From: an uncultured Gemmatimonadales bacterium
GTDB taxonomy: Bacteria; Gemmatimonadota; Gemmatimonadetes; Gemmatimonadales; Gemmatimonadaceae
Direction: 5' to 3'
Assembly (NCBI GenBank): GCA_963851265.1
Contig: CAWKNZ010000007.1
Coordinates: 288,001-352,000 of the forward strand
Length of the DNA stretch: 64,000 nt
Shown: piece by piece, positions 37,294 through 47,687 of the stretch
How the letters are laid out: each line of letters begins with the position of its first letter
Numbering within the stretch: the stretch's first letter is position 1
Notes under the pieces: generated by a model
Told to the model about the DNA's origin: nothing
Seen by the model: only the letters and a program-made list of their open reading frames with translations
Databases searched by the model: none
Made by a program: the position numbers and the translations under genes

Positions 37294-37761
37294 TCAGCGC
37301 AGCAGGTCGGGGGGCAGGCGCTTCACCCACCCGGCGCCGAGCACGCCCCACAGGCCGACGAGAATGGCCTCGGCCGCGTCGTGGCGGAGCGACGTCGGCC
37401 GCGGCCCGCCGGCCCACGCGATCACCCGGCGCGCGAGGCGGTCGGCGACCGCCTTCATCTGCGGCCCGGTGCCGTGCTCGCGCGGAAGGAGGAAGAGCGG
37501 GCGCCACAGTTCGGCCGACACGACCTGTACCGTGAGCGCGCGCCGCTCGCCTTCCGCGACCCACGGCGTCGCGAGCGGTCCGCCGCCCTCCACGACGACG
37601 CGCGCGAGGTCGAGCGGGTCGGCGAGCAGTGCCGGGACGGCGCGGCGCATCCGCGCCGCGGCGCCGAAATTCTGGGAGCGGTACCACCGCAGTCGTCCGT
37701 CGTCGCCCCAGCAGGCGAATCCGGCGCGGACGCCGAGGTCGACGGCGAGGAGGGCGGCCAT
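37294..37761 (-). CDS. Small RNase H / RuvC-like fold protein
   Basis: LLAVDLG...G, VVVEG, ...W, K, HDAAEA acidic motif pattern. Confidence 0.6.
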   Translation of the reverse strand: MAALLAVDLGVRAGFACWGDDGRLRWYRSQNFGAAARMRRAVPALLADPLDLARVVVEGGGPLATPWVAEGERRALTVQVVSAELWRPLFLLPREHGTGPQMKAVADRLARRVIAWAGGPRPTSLRHDAAEAILVGLWGVLGAGWVKRLPPDLLR

Positions 37762-37971
37762 GCGGGGGCGGGAGTGCAGGGCGCGTGCGCGCAGCGGCGC
37801 GGGGATGCCTGGGCGGGTGCGTGCGTTTGGTCACACTCGGGCCATAAGTCGCGCCGCGTGCTGCGCGGGCGGTGACACGCGCCACGGACCGGGCGGCGGC
37901 CCGTCGGCACCATTCTCTCCAGGCGCCGACAGCGACGTCGGCCGCCAGCGTCCTCATTCCATGGTGCTCGT

Positions 37972-38193
37972 ATGCGTCGAATCCACACCGCCGCGCTCGC
38001 CGCCGCGCTCGCCGTCAGCGCAGCGTCCCTGGCGGCCCAGCAGCCGCCGTCCCCGTCGCGCCCCGACACGGGGCGGACCGACACCACGCGCACCGACTCG
38101 ACGCGCGGGCGCAGCCCGCGCCGGCGCGTGCCCGGCGACAGCAGCCGACGCGACACGTCGTCGACGCCGCGCCCGACCCCGCCACGGTCTTGA
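37972..38193 (+). CDS. Small secreted low-complexity protein
   Basis: Signal peptide ending AAQ; DT/DS-rich repeats. Confidence 0.6.
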   Translation: MRRIHTAALAAALAVSAASLAAQQPPSPSRPDTGRTDTTRTDSTRGRSPRRRVPGDSSRRDTSSTPRPTPPRS

Positions 38194-38331
38194 TTGCGGG
38201 CGGCCGGAACGGGCCATGCGCTAGGCGGCGCTGACGGACGTCGGACCACGTCCGTCCTGCCGGCTCGTCCCGAGGCGCGAAGGCGGCCGGGCACGAGCCT
38301 CGTCGCGCGCCACCCTCGTCCCGGACCGCCC

Positions 38332-38730
38332 GTGCTTCCACCCGGCATTCGTTCCCGCCTCACCCGCGCCATCCAGAGTGCCGGTTTCGCCGCCGTGTTC
38401 GTGGTGATGACCGGCGCGTCCACCGGGTGCGTGCACAACACGTCGCGTGACCCGAATGCGGAGGCCGACGCCGCCGGCCCAACCACGGTGCGCGTGCAGA
38501 ACCAGGGATTCCAGGACGTCGTGATCTACGTCGTCAAGAGCGGACTTCGTTCGCGACTCGGGATGGTGACCGCGAGCAGTTCCGCGGTTCTCACCATCCC
38601 GAAGACGCTCGTGCAGCCGCTCACGCCGCTGCAGTTCATCGCGAGCCCGATCGCCGGCACGCGCTCCCCCATCAGCCAGGAGATCACCGTCTCACCGGGG
38701 GACGAGGTCGGACTCATCATTCCGCCGTGA
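38332..38730 (+). CDS. Small beta-rich lipoprotein
   Basis: Lipobox-like STGC; V.VQN....DV.IYV...RLG.V; start uncertain. Confidence 0.65.
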   Translation: MLPPGIRSRLTRAIQSAGFAAVFVVMTGASTGCVHNTSRDPNAEADAAGPTTVRVQNQGFQDVVIYVVKSGLRSRLGMVTASSSAVLTIPKTLVQPLTPLQFIASPIAGTRSPISQEITVSPGDEVGLIIPP

Positions 38731-38760
38731 CGGCGTCATATCGGCCCCGACGGACGCGCA

Positions 38761-39873
38761 TCACCCCCACCACACGGCCGCGGCGAACATGACGTACAAC
38801 CCGATCAGCGCCACGCCCTCGAGCCAGATCGATTCGCCGTCGTAGACGACGAACGCGGACGCGAGCGTGCCGAGCGTGAGCGCCGCGAGCAGGATCGGCG
38901 GAAGGACGAGCGTCATCGGCGCGGGCCCAATGAAGAACGAGGCGATGACGAGCACCGGCGTCAGTGCCAACGCGACCTGGAGCGGCGAGTTGAGGATCAC
39001 GGAGAGCGCGTAGTCGGGCTTGTTCTTGGCCGCGAGCGACACGCCGACCGCGTTCTCGACCGCGTTCCCGGCGATGGCGACGACCACCAGACCGGTGAAC
39101 GTCTGCGACAGGCCGAGGCCGCGCGTTGCCGGCAGCAGCGCGTCGACGAACCAGTCCGAGACGAGCGCGGCGCCGAGTCCTGCCGCGGCCAGCACGCCGA
39201 CGCTCTGCGCCGTCGACCAACCGTGCGGAGCCGCCTCGCGCGTCACCACGCCTTCGAAGTCGTCGGCCGACTCCGGTGGGCAGGGAAGCACCGACGGGTG
39301 ACCCGCGAGCGTGAACCGCAGGCTCGCGCCGAACACGATGAGCAGCACGACCGCGCACGCGGCACTGAGCGCCGCCTCGTGCGGTTGCGCGGGCGTGTGC
39401 AGCGTCTGCGCCAGCGTCGGGACGGCGAGGGCAGTCACGGCGAGCAGCATCAGCGTCGCGGCGGTGCGCGGCGGCTGCGAGTCGAAGCGCTGCGTTCCGT
39501 GTTTGAGGCCACCGACGAGGATCGCGAGGCCGAGGACCAGCACCGCGTTGGCGAGGATCGATCCGACGAGTGCGGCGCGCACGACGTCGCGCAGCCCGGC
39601 TCTCAGGCTGAACAGCGACACGAAGAGTTCGGGCAGGTTGCCGAACGCGCCCTGGAGAACGCCGGTCGCGCCCGCGCTCATCCGCTCGCCGAGCTGCTCG
39701 GTCGCGGTGCCGACCGCTCGGGCGAGGAGCGCGAGCGCGACGGCGGCGACGGCGAAGCGAGCCATCGCGGGCGCGTGCGTCAAGGCGAGCGCGCCGGCGG
39801 CCACCGCGGCGGCCAGCGCGGCCCCGAGCCACCGGCTTTCGCCGGGCGTGAACTGAAGCGAGGTCGACGGCAT
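38761..39873 (-). CDS. Ca2+/H+ antiporter (CAX family)
   Basis: Alpha-repeat motifs FGNLPE and IAGNAVE; ~11 TM helices. Confidence 0.92.
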   Translation of the reverse strand: MPSTSLQFTPGESRWLGAALAAAVAAGALALTHAPAMARFAVAAVALALLARAVGTATEQLGERMSAGATGVLQGAFGNLPELFVSLFSLRAGLRDVVRAALVGSILANAVLVLGLAILVGGLKHGTQRFDSQPPRTAATLMLLAVTALAVPTLAQTLHTPAQPHEAALSAACAVVLLIVFGASLRFTLAGHPSVLPCPPESADDFEGVVTREAAPHGWSTAQSVGVLAAAGLGAALVSDWFVDALLPATRGLGLSQTFTGLVVVAIAGNAVENAVGVSLAAKNKPDYALSVILNSPLQVALALTPVLVIASFFIGPAPMTLVLPPILLAALTLGTLASAFVVYDGESIWLEGVALIGLYVMFAAAVWWG

Positions 39874-40041
39874 GACGAGCGCGCAGCGCAAGAGCAGCAC
39901 CGGCGCGCCGACCGCGGCAGGTATGGCGCGAAGATTTCTTCATCTCCGATCGCGGGAATCGGCGTTAACTCCCGCGCGGTGGGAGCGTCCTCGATGCGCG
40001 GCTTCGCGCCGCTCGGCCGCCCCACACGACCTCCTCCCACG

Positions 40042-40959
40042 ATGCACAAGCTTCCGTCCTGGCCCACCTCGACGCGCGCCCGCGAGGCGCTGCGACTCGG
40101 CGCACTGCCTGCCGCGCTCCTGATCGCCGCGCTCCTCGCGGGTTGCGGCAGCAACGACAAGAGCCCGGTCGCACCGTCGTCGGCGAGCACCGATGCGAGC
40201 ACCACCGCGGCCATCACGGCGGACGTCGCCGGCGATGCCGGGGACGCGTCTGCCACGCTGAACGAGACGTTCGGCGCCTCGGAAACCGCGTCGGGCGCCT
40301 CGGCATCGCTCGCCGTGCCCGTGCCCGGCCTCGCCTTCTCCGCCGCGCCGTGGGCCGCCGCGTCGACGGCGTGCAGCGGTCCGGACGCAACAGGCTTCTA
40401 CACCTGCACCAAGGCCCAGGAGAACGGCTTCACGATCACCCGCGCGTACCGCTACTGGGCGGGCGGGAGCATCGCGGTGCGCTACGCCGAGGCGTCCACG
40501 GACTCGGTGAACCACCGTTGGGCGCAGACGGGCGTCCGCGCGGCGACGGATACGAGCAACGGCGGCACGACGCGCAGCGTCAGCGTCAACCGAACGGACA
40601 CGTCGACGATGAAGGTCGTTCGCGGCACGACGCCGCAACACGTGTGGAACGGGACCGGAACCCGCACCGACACGTCTACCGCGGGTGACCGCAACGGGAC
40701 GCGTCGCTACGTGCTGACCGCCGTCGACACCGCCCAGGCGGTGACCTACGCCCTCCCGCGCAGTTCCAACGCGTGGCCGATCTCGGGCACGATCACGCAC
40801 GACGTCCGCGCCGTGTGGACCAGCGCCAAGGGGGCCACCACCACCACGACGCGTCACGCGGTCGTGACCTTCAACGGCACGTCGACGGCCTCGGTGCAGG
40901 TCGGCGGCATCACCTGCTCGCTCGACCTCAAGACGCACGCCGTGTCGGGGTGCAAGTAA
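40042..40959 (+). CDS. Beta-rich lipoprotein of unknown function
   Basis: Lipobox LAGC; Thr-rich; WPISGTIT...VTFNG. Confidence 0.75.
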   Translation: MHKLPSWPTSTRAREALRLGALPAALLIAALLAGCGSNDKSPVAPSSASTDASTTAAITADVAGDAGDASATLNETFGASETASGASASLAVPVPGLAFSAAPWAAASTACSGPDATGFYTCTKAQENGFTITRAYRYWAGGSIAVRYAEASTDSVNHRWAQTGVRAATDTSNGGTTRSVSVNRTDTSTMKVVRGTTPQHVWNGTGTRTDTSTAGDRNGTRRYVLTAVDTAQAVTYALPRSSNAWPISGTITHDVRAVWTSAKGATTTTTRHAVVTFNGTSTASVQVGGITCSLDLKTHAVSGCK

Positions 40960-41133
40960 CGGCCGTCGGTCAACGCGACCGCTCGTCCTTGCCTGCGACG
41001 GAAGGGCAGTAGGGGGACGGCACCCGCGCGGTGTCCTGATTGCAGACGAAGCACTCGGAACGGCGTCGGACTCGGAGGGGCGTGGCGGATACACCGCGCG
41101 TCGCGCTCCCCGAGACCGGCGCCGTTTCGTTCA

Positions 41134-42213
41134 TCAGTCGGCCAGCCAGCGGTCGCGTCGCTCGGCGACGAACAGGTCGTCGGTGAGCTCGGGGTAGAGG
41201 CGCAGCACGCGGTCGATCTCCTGCGCCTGACCGGGCGACAGGCGTTCACGCGGGTCGAGCGTCCACGTGCCGCGCACGAGGTGCTGGCGTCGCAGCACTT
41301 CGTGAATGCCAGGGATGCACCCGGCGAAGTTGTGGTGCGGGTCGAAGATCGCACCGTTCGCGTCGACGAGCGCCGCCGCATGCGCGAGCCAGCGTGGGTC
41401 GAGCGAGCGACCGGACGCGACACTCCGCTGCACGTCGGCCAGCAACTCGACCGCGCGCCGCGTCCAGACCGCCCACTGGCCGAGCAGGCCGCCGACGATC
41501 CGGCGCGTCTCGGGACGGCCGCCGACGGTCACCGGGAACGGCGTGAGCAGGTCGGCGACGATGTTGTCGTCGTTGCCCGTGTAGAGCGCCACGTCCTCGC
41601 GCCCCGATTCGGCCACCGCGCGCACGACGTCGAGCGTGCGGTATCGGTCGAAGGGCGCGATCTTGATCGCGACGAGGTTGGGCACCTCCTCGGCGAGTGC
41701 GCGCCAGAACCGGTATCCGAGCGCGCGGCCGCCTACGGCGGGCTGAAGGTAGAAGCCGACGAGCGGGATGACCTCGCTGACCGCGCGCGCGTGGCGGACG
41801 AGCGCCTCGTCACCGGGGTCGCCGAGCGCGCCGTCGGGGCCGCCCAACGAGAGCAGCCCGGCGTGGTACCCGAGCGCGCGCGCGACCTCGGCTTCGTGCA
41901 CCGCCTGCCGCGTGTCGCCCAGCAACCCGGCGACGAGCGCGAACGGGCGCGGCTCGCGCGCCGACTCCCGCGCGCACCACGCGCGCGCCGACTCGGCCGC
42001 GAGTTCGAGCACCGGACGGTACAGCCCGATCTTCGCGTCGTGGATGGCGAACTGCGTGGTGTGGACGCCCACCGCGACGCCGCCAGCACCTGCGTCGACG
42101 TAGTAGCGGGTGAGGCCGCGCTGCGCGCGCTCGTCCAGGGTTCGGAGCGGCGTGAGAGCGAGCGGATGCGCGGGGATGACCTGCCCCGCGAGCAGGTGAC
42201 GGCGCACGTTCAC
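41134..42213 (-). CDS. DHDPS/NAL-family class I aldolase-like protein
   Basis: VIPAHPLAL, GVHTTQF, FYLQ, IKIAPF (Schiff-base Lys), YTGNDD. Confidence 0.85.
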   Translation of the reverse strand: MNVRRHLLAGQVIPAHPLALTPLRTLDERAQRGLTRYYVDAGAGGVAVGVHTTQFAIHDAKIGLYRPVLELAAESARAWCARESAREPRPFALVAGLLGDTRQAVHEAEVARALGYHAGLLSLGGPDGALGDPGDEALVRHARAVSEVIPLVGFYLQPAVGGRALGYRFWRALAEEVPNLVAIKIAPFDRYRTLDVVRAVAESGREDVALYTGNDDNIVADLLTPFPVTVGGRPETRRIVGGLLGQWAVWTRRAVELLADVQRSVASGRSLDPRWLAHAAALVDANGAIFDPHHNFAGCIPGIHEVLRRQHLVRGTWTLDPRERLSPGQAQEIDRVLRLYPELTDDLFVAERRDRWLAD

Positions 42214-42279
42214 GGCGCCCTCGTCATCGCGGCATCATCTGCGGCGGCCCGTCTCGGTCACGACGTGCGGGCGCTCGGG

Positions 42280-43326
42280 TCAGAAGCGGCCATCGCGCAC
42301 CTCGAACTTCGTGGGCTTGCCCAGCGTCGGCCCACCCGCCTTGAGCCACTCGGACACCCACTCCACGAGTTGCGCGGTGGGGACCGCGGGCGCGCCGAAT
42401 ACCCGGCGGGCGAGCGACGTGTCGCTCAGCAGCGCGTCGCTCGCCGTCGTGCCGACGAGATGTGTTTCCCGGCGAAACGCGCGCCCGTACCGGCGCGCGA
42501 GGTCGGCGACGGCGAGTGGCTCGGGGCCGGTGACGTTGACGACGAACGCGGGCGTCGCCGCGACGGCGAAGCACTGGAGCGCCTGCGCGTTCGCGTCGCC
42601 CTGCCAGATCACGTTCACCCACCCCGTGCGCACGTCCACCGGCTGACCGGCCTGCACGCGCTGCGCGAGATCGACCAGCACGCCGTAGCGAAGATCGACG
42701 GCGTAGCTCAGCCGCACGAGCGCCAGCGGACTGCGGCTCCGTTCGCACGCCCACTCGAGCACGCGCTCGCGGCCGACGCACGCGTTCGCGTACTCGCCGA
42801 GCGGGGTGAGCGCGTGATCCTCCGCGGCCCCGCGTCCGGGGGCCGGCGTGCGCGGGTACACGTTCCCCGTCGAGAACGCGACGACGCGGGAGCCCGCGAA
42901 GCGCTCGGCCACGAGCGACGGCGCAACCGTGTTGGTCGCCCACATGCGCGCCGGCGCGTCGCTCGCGCCGAATTTGAGCCCGGCCATGTAGACGACGAGC
43001 GCGGCGTCGGGAAGCGCGTCGACCGACCGCCGGTCGAGCAGGTCGACGGTGGTCGTCTCGACGCCGTGCGCCTCGAGCTGGCGCCGGGCCGCCCCGTCGG
43101 TGAAACGCGACGCGGCGACGACCCGCCGCCGCGCGTGCGTGTCGCCCAACGCGTCGAGCGCGCGGCGGGCCATGCGTGCGAGCGACGGGCCCATCTTCCC
43201 GCCCGCCCCCACGATCACCAGGTCGCCCGCGGTGCGCGCGAGGACGCCCCCGACGCCGTCGGTCGGGCGAGAGAGTCGCTCCTCGAGTCCCTCGACGTCG
43301 CGCGGCGGTTCCGCGAGCTCGGTCAC
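42280..43326 (-). CDS. NAD-dependent epimerase/dehydratase
   Basis: GAGGKMG, STGNVY, YANACVGRE; GTGA overlap with the upstream gene. Confidence 0.88.
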   Translation of the reverse strand: MTELAEPPRDVEGLEERLSRPTDGVGGVLARTAGDLVIVGAGGKMGPSLARMARRALDALGDTHARRRVVAASRFTDGAARRQLEAHGVETTTVDLLDRRSVDALPDAALVVYMAGLKFGASDAPARMWATNTVAPSLVAERFAGSRVVAFSTGNVYPRTPAPGRGAAEDHALTPLGEYANACVGRERVLEWACERSRSPLALVRLSYAVDLRYGVLVDLAQRVQAGQPVDVRTGWVNVIWQGDANAQALQCFAVAATPAFVVNVTGPEPLAVADLARRYGRAFRRETHLVGTTASDALLSDTSLARRVFGAPAVPTAQLVEWVSEWLKAGGPTLGKPTKFEVRDGRF

Positions 43327-44072
43327 GGCGCCGCGGCGCGGAGCTCGGCCGCGAGTTCGCGGCGCGCGGCGTCGATCAATCCGCGCACCCGTTCGCGCAG
43401 CGCAGGCACGTCATCGGTCGTGAGGCCGACCGTCTCGATGGGGTCGAGCACGCGGCACGCGGCAGTCGTGCGGCCGACGAGAAACGAGTGCTTGGCCATC
43501 GCGTCGCGCGTGCCCGCGATCGCGATCGGCAGCACCGGCGCCTGCACCTGCACCGCGAGGTGGAACGCGCCGTCCTTGAACGGCAGGAGTTCGTCGGTCG
43601 GCGACCGCGTTCCCTCGGGGAAGACCATCACCGACACACGCTTCCGCAGGCGGTCACGGCATTTGGCGAGCGCGCCGAGTGCGCTCTCCCGGTTGCCTCG
43701 CACGAGCGGCACGTCGCCGGCCATGCGCATGATCCACCCCATGAACGGGATGTTGAAGATGGTCTGCTTCGCCAGCCATTTCATCTCCCAGGGCAGGAAG
43801 CAGAGCAGGAAGATGTCGGCGTACGACTCGTGGTTGCTCACCGCGACATACGGACGTCGCGGGTCGCGGATGCGCACGCCGGCCGTGCGGAAGTGCCACC
43901 ACGGGTTGAGCGTCGCACCCGTGAAGCCGAGGAGTCGGAGAAAGCGCCCGACGACGTAGCGCCCGGGGTCGAACGGCGCCGTACAGACGAACAGCACGCA
44001 CGCGATCGGGAAGCCGACGACGACGAGTGCGATCCAGACGACCCAGACCCACGCCGTGACGAGCCGTTGCAT
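43323..44072 (-). CDS. Lysophospholipid / 1-acyl-sn-glycerol-3-phosphate acyltransferase (PlsC-like)
   Basis: NHESYAD (HX4D), FPEGTRS, FKDGAF. Confidence 0.93.
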   Translation of the reverse strand: MQRLVTAWVWVVWIALVVVGFPIACVLFVCTAPFDPGRYVVGRFLRLLGFTGATLNPWWHFRTAGVRIRDPRRPYVAVSNHESYADIFLLCFLPWEMKWLAKQTIFNIPFMGWIMRMAGDVPLVRGNRESALGALAKCRDRLRKRVSVMVFPEGTRSPTDELLPFKDGAFHLAVQVQAPVLPIAIAGTRDAMAKHSFLVGRTTAACRVLDPIETVGLTTDDVPALRERVRGLIDAARRELAAELRAAAP

Positions 44073-44368
44073 CACCGCGCCGCGTCGCCGGGCTGGGCGT
44101 CCGGCGGCGGCGCGTCGGTGGTCTGCCCGGCACTGCCCGCGTCGAACGCCTGCTGCGCCGCCTCGGCACCGCGGAACCCGATCTTCGAATGGGTGCCGTC
44201 GCAGAACGGCTTCTTGGTGCTCGCGCCGCACCGGCAGAGCGAGATCGCCTTTCGCCCCTCGGTCGAGATGGTCTGTCCCTGCGCGTCGACGAGGCGCACG
44301 CGGGCGATGTCGTCGCCGGCGATGACGAACGGACCGTTCTCGCGAACGGTGATGGTGATCGGGTCCAT
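44072..44368 (-). CDS. CDGSH iron-sulfur (NEET) domain protein
   Basis: NGP...LCRCGASTKKPFCDGTH. Confidence 0.92.
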   Translation of the reverse strand: MDPITITVRENGPFVIAGDDIARVRLVDAQGQTISTEGRKAISLCRCGASTKKPFCDGTHSKIGFRGAEAAQQAFDAGSAGQTTDAPPPDAQPGDAAR

Positions 44369-44508
44369 GGTCTCGGATGGTAGAGTCGGATGACGCCGCG
44401 GCCGGGGTCGTCCCGAGCGCGGCGAGGCGCCCCCGTCACGTGCGAGGATCGCGCCCTGTCACCTCGGAACGTACGTCCCCGGCTGCGGCCGGGACGACTG
44501 ACGGCCCC

Positions 44509-44991
44509 TTACGAGGATGCGTGGCCCTGCGCGTCGCGCGCGTGCCGCTTGAGGCGCTCGACCATCGCGTTGAGCCCGACCTCGCGTGCCGCCAACCCGA
44601 GCCCACCCATCAGCTGCCGCACGTAATCGGGGGGGATGGCGAGCGTCGCCGACGGCGGCTGATCGTTCACGGCCTGAAAGGTCAGCGCCAGCACGGCCGC
44701 GATGGTCGGCGACTGGCGCGCATTCACGTCGGCGTAGAAATGGAGCGTGCCGTCGTCGCGCCGCTCCGGAAACAGGTCGACGCGCGTCTGACACTCGGAG
44801 ACGGTGAACGCGGCGCGGTCGACTTCGGCGTAGCGCGCCGGCACCGGCTCGAGCTGCTTCGCGTAGCCGACGAGCGCCTGCATCTTCTCCTCGCGCCCGA
44901 GCGAGCGGAAGCGGTTCAGCACCCGCTCGAGCTTCGGCGGCAGCACGGCGGCCGCGACGCCCACCACGGTGGTGTCCGTGTCGGTAGCCAC
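44509..44991 (-). CDS. sufE: SufE-family sulfur acceptor
   Basis: V.ECQT.V, F.AD....SP, L...R..GL..M..RLK. Confidence 0.8.
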   Translation of the reverse strand: MATDTDTTVVGVAAAVLPPKLERVLNRFRSLGREEKMQALVGYAKQLEPVPARYAEVDRAAFTVSECQTRVDLFPERRDDGTLHFYADVNARQSPTIAAVLALTFQAVNDQPPSATLAIPPDYVRQLMGGLGLAAREVGLNAMVERLKRHARDAQGHASS

Positions 44992-44997
44992 CCGCGC

Positions 44998-46332
44998 CTA
45001 CTGGAAGTCGACGGTCAGCCCGGGCTGCAGCACCGGCGTGAGCCAGCGCGCGTCCCAGTTGGCCATGCGCACGCAGCCGTGCGACATCGTGTAGCCGACG
45101 TCTTCGGGGCTCGGCGTGCCGTGCAGGCCGACGTGCGGCCGCGAGAGCTGCGCCCAGAGCACGCCGACCGGAGAGTTGGGGCCGGCCGGCAGCAGGGCGT
45201 TGGGCCCGGCGCTCCGGTCCTCGCCGAGCACGACGGGGTCGTAGCGGTAGTGTGGATACGGCGTCGTGCTCACCACGTGGAGTCGGCCCGTCGGCGACGG
45301 GAGCGACGTGGAGCCGACCGTCGCCGGCAGCCAGAAGCGCGTCGCTCCGCGCGCGTCGAGGCCGCGGATGGAGCCCTCGCGCTTGTCGACGACGAGGCGC
45401 GCGACCGCGGGTGCCGCGCCGCGCTCGACGTTGGGCACGACGAGCCGCGTACCGACCGGGGCGCGTGCAACGTTGACGTCGGGGTTGAGGCGCTGGATCA
45501 CGTCGGTGGTCGCGTGGAAGCGCTCGCCGAGCATCGCGAGCATCGACGTGTAGCAGAGGCAGCTCGCCTTGGCCTTCGCGTACATGCCGTTCGGCACGGG
45601 GCGGTACGGCCCACGGACGTCGGCGGCCGTGACCACGTACTCCGTGACCGGCGCGCGAGGTCCGGCGATCCGCTCCAGGCGCGCAACGACGTCGGCGTCG
45701 GCGCTGTCTCCCATCGGAAGGCGCGCCGCGCCGCGGAACGCGCGGATCGCGAAGACCGTGTTCTCGTTCCACACGCCGCTGACCGCGCCCGGGCTGAACC
45801 GGGCGACGTCGAGCAACACCTGCAGGTGCAGCACGGCGCCGCCGCTGCCGCCGCTCACCGTTTCGGTCAGCGGAGCGGTCACGTCCTCGCGCGCGAGGGC
45901 CGTGGTGAGACGGCCCGCGTAGTTCGGCGCGCCCGCTACGTTAGGCGCGGCGGTGACGGCCGGCGGCGCCGGCGGGGGCGCGGGAACCGTCGGTGGCCCG
46001 ATCGGGACGGCACCGGGCACGATGTCGCTGCCGGCGGTGTCCGCCATCGCGCGCGGTGGCGGAGCCGCCGCGTCGAGCGCGGTCGGCGCGAGCGAGTCGA
46101 GCACCGGCGTCGGCGCCGCGCTCGCGCGACCCGTCCGGGCGCCCTTGCGACCGATCGGGCGGGCCGAGGGGCCCAGAGCCGCGCGGGGCGTCGCCTGCGC
46201 GCCCACGTCCGGGGCCGCGGCGAACGCGCTCGCGATGACCAGGGTGACGGCTGCCCGGCGCCACGCCGACGTGCGCGACGTCGCGCCTGCGGACGCGACC
46301 GGCGTCGTGCGAACAATCAGCCCGAACGGCAT
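44998..46332 (-). CDS. L,D-transpeptidase with PG-binding/LysM-like region
   Basis: GPNSPVG..W, GLHGT...SHGCVRM.NWD. Confidence 0.9.
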   Translation of the reverse strand: MPFGLIVRTTPVASAGATSRTSAWRRAAVTLVIASAFAAAPDVGAQATPRAALGPSARPIGRKGARTGRASAAPTPVLDSLAPTALDAAAPPPRAMADTAGSDIVPGAVPIGPPTVPAPPPAPPAVTAAPNVAGAPNYAGRLTTALAREDVTAPLTETVSGGSGGAVLHLQVLLDVARFSPGAVSGVWNENTVFAIRAFRGAARLPMGDSADADVVARLERIAGPRAPVTEYVVTAADVRGPYRPVPNGMYAKAKASCLCYTSMLAMLGERFHATTDVIQRLNPDVNVARAPVGTRLVVPNVERGAAPAVARLVVDKREGSIRGLDARGATRFWLPATVGSTSLPSPTGRLHVVSTTPYPHYRYDPVVLGEDRSAGPNALLPAGPNSPVGVLWAQLSRPHVGLHGTPSPEDVGYTMSHGCVRMANWDARWLTPVLQPGLTVDFQ

Positions 46333-46477
46333 CGGGCGGCGGCGGTGATGCATGCAACTCCTCGTCGGACGTACCAGACTCAAGCGTGTCGTCCGCGGTC
46401 GCGGCGGCGATTGCCACGGGCGGGAGTCGGAACATGGCAGCGGCCAAGCCACATCGCGAGTGCCTTCGTCGGAATCG

Positions 46478-47650
46478 TCACGATTCGTTTCGACTGGCCG
46501 GGTCCGGTGCGGTGGTTCCCGCCCCGGTCCCGGGCTCCCCGGCGAGGGCGGCCGGCAGCTCGCGCGCGCTTCCCGGGGCCGCGACGAGCACCGTCTCGCG
46601 CCCCGAGAAGGCGAGCTGCACGTGCTCGGCCCGCAGACGCTCCAGCAGGGCCAAATTGATGCGCTGCTGGATATCCATGTAGAGGTTGTAGTCGGCCGAC
46701 GTGACGTAGTACACCGTTTCGACGACGAGTGCCGCGTCGGTGATCGCCGAGAAGTTCGAGCGGTCGAGGCGCGTCTGCGGAATGTCCGTGACGATCCCGC
46801 GCAGCACGTCGGGTACCTTCGCGACGAGGTCCGGGCTCGTCCCCGGGTCGAGCGCGATCTGGAACGACACACGCCGCTCGCTCTGCCGCTGGAAGTTGCG
46901 GATCCGCGCCTTCAGCAGCTCCGCGTTGGCGATCACGATCTGCTCGCCCGAGAGCGACCGGATGCGCGTGGTCTTCAGGCCGACGTTCTCGACCGTTCCC
47001 TGGTACTGATCGACGACGATGTAGTCGCCGACGACGAACGGCTTGTCGAGCGCGATCGCCAGCGAGGCCAGCAGGTCACCGAGGGTGCTCTGGACCGCGA
47101 GCGCGACCGCCACGCCCGCGACGCCGAGCCCGGTGATGAGTGCGGTGACGTTGATCCCGAGCGCGTCGAGCGCGAGCAGGATCAGCACCACCCACAACGT
47201 CATCCGCGCGATGATGCCGAGCAGGTTGAGCGACGTGATCGCCGCCTTGTCGTGCTCGACGCGGTTGGCGCGAGCGCGCGCGAGCCAGAACGCGACCGCG
47301 CCGTTCCCCCAGCTGACGAGCTGGAGGTAGAACGCGATGCGTGCCAACACGTCGACGCGGTGATCGTAGCGCTCCGACAGGTCGAGCCCCGCGCGCGCGA
47401 TCGCCACGGCGATGACGGCGAGAAACAGTATCCGCGTGCGCCGGATCGCCCCGAGCGCGAGGTCGTCGACCTCGGTGGGCGTGCGCGGCGCGCTCACCGC
47501 GAGGCGGCGGATCAGCTCGCGGCGGACGAGCACGAGCACCGCCAGCGCGACGACGAAGATGGCCGCCGCGGTCAACCACGCGCTGAGAGAGTTGCCGAAG
47601 TAGATCGCGTCGAGCACGCCGTCGACGCGCGAGACCGCCCGCGCCCTCAC
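46478..47650 (-). CDS. MscS-family mechanosensitive channel
   Basis: GLGV.GVAVALA.Q..L.DL.AS..I..DKPF.VGD, G.VE.VGLKTTR.RS..GE. Confidence 0.92.
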   Translation of the reverse strand: MRARAVSRVDGVLDAIYFGNSLSAWLTAAAIFVVALAVLVLVRRELIRRLAVSAPRTPTEVDDLALGAIRRTRILFLAVIAVAIARAGLDLSERYDHRVDVLARIAFYLQLVSWGNGAVAFWLARARANRVEHDKAAITSLNLLGIIARMTLWVVLILLALDALGINVTALITGLGVAGVAVALAVQSTLGDLLASLAIALDKPFVVGDYIVVDQYQGTVENVGLKTTRIRSLSGEQIVIANAELLKARIRNFQRQSERRVSFQIALDPGTSPDLVAKVPDVLRGIVTDIPQTRLDRSNFSAITDAALVVETVYYVTSADYNLYMDIQQRINLALLERLRAEHVQLAFSGRETVLVAAPGSARELPAALAGEPGTGAGTTAPDPASRNES

Positions 47651-47687
47651 GGGGCGGCCATGCCGCGCCCGCTCGCCCCGCGCCTGC

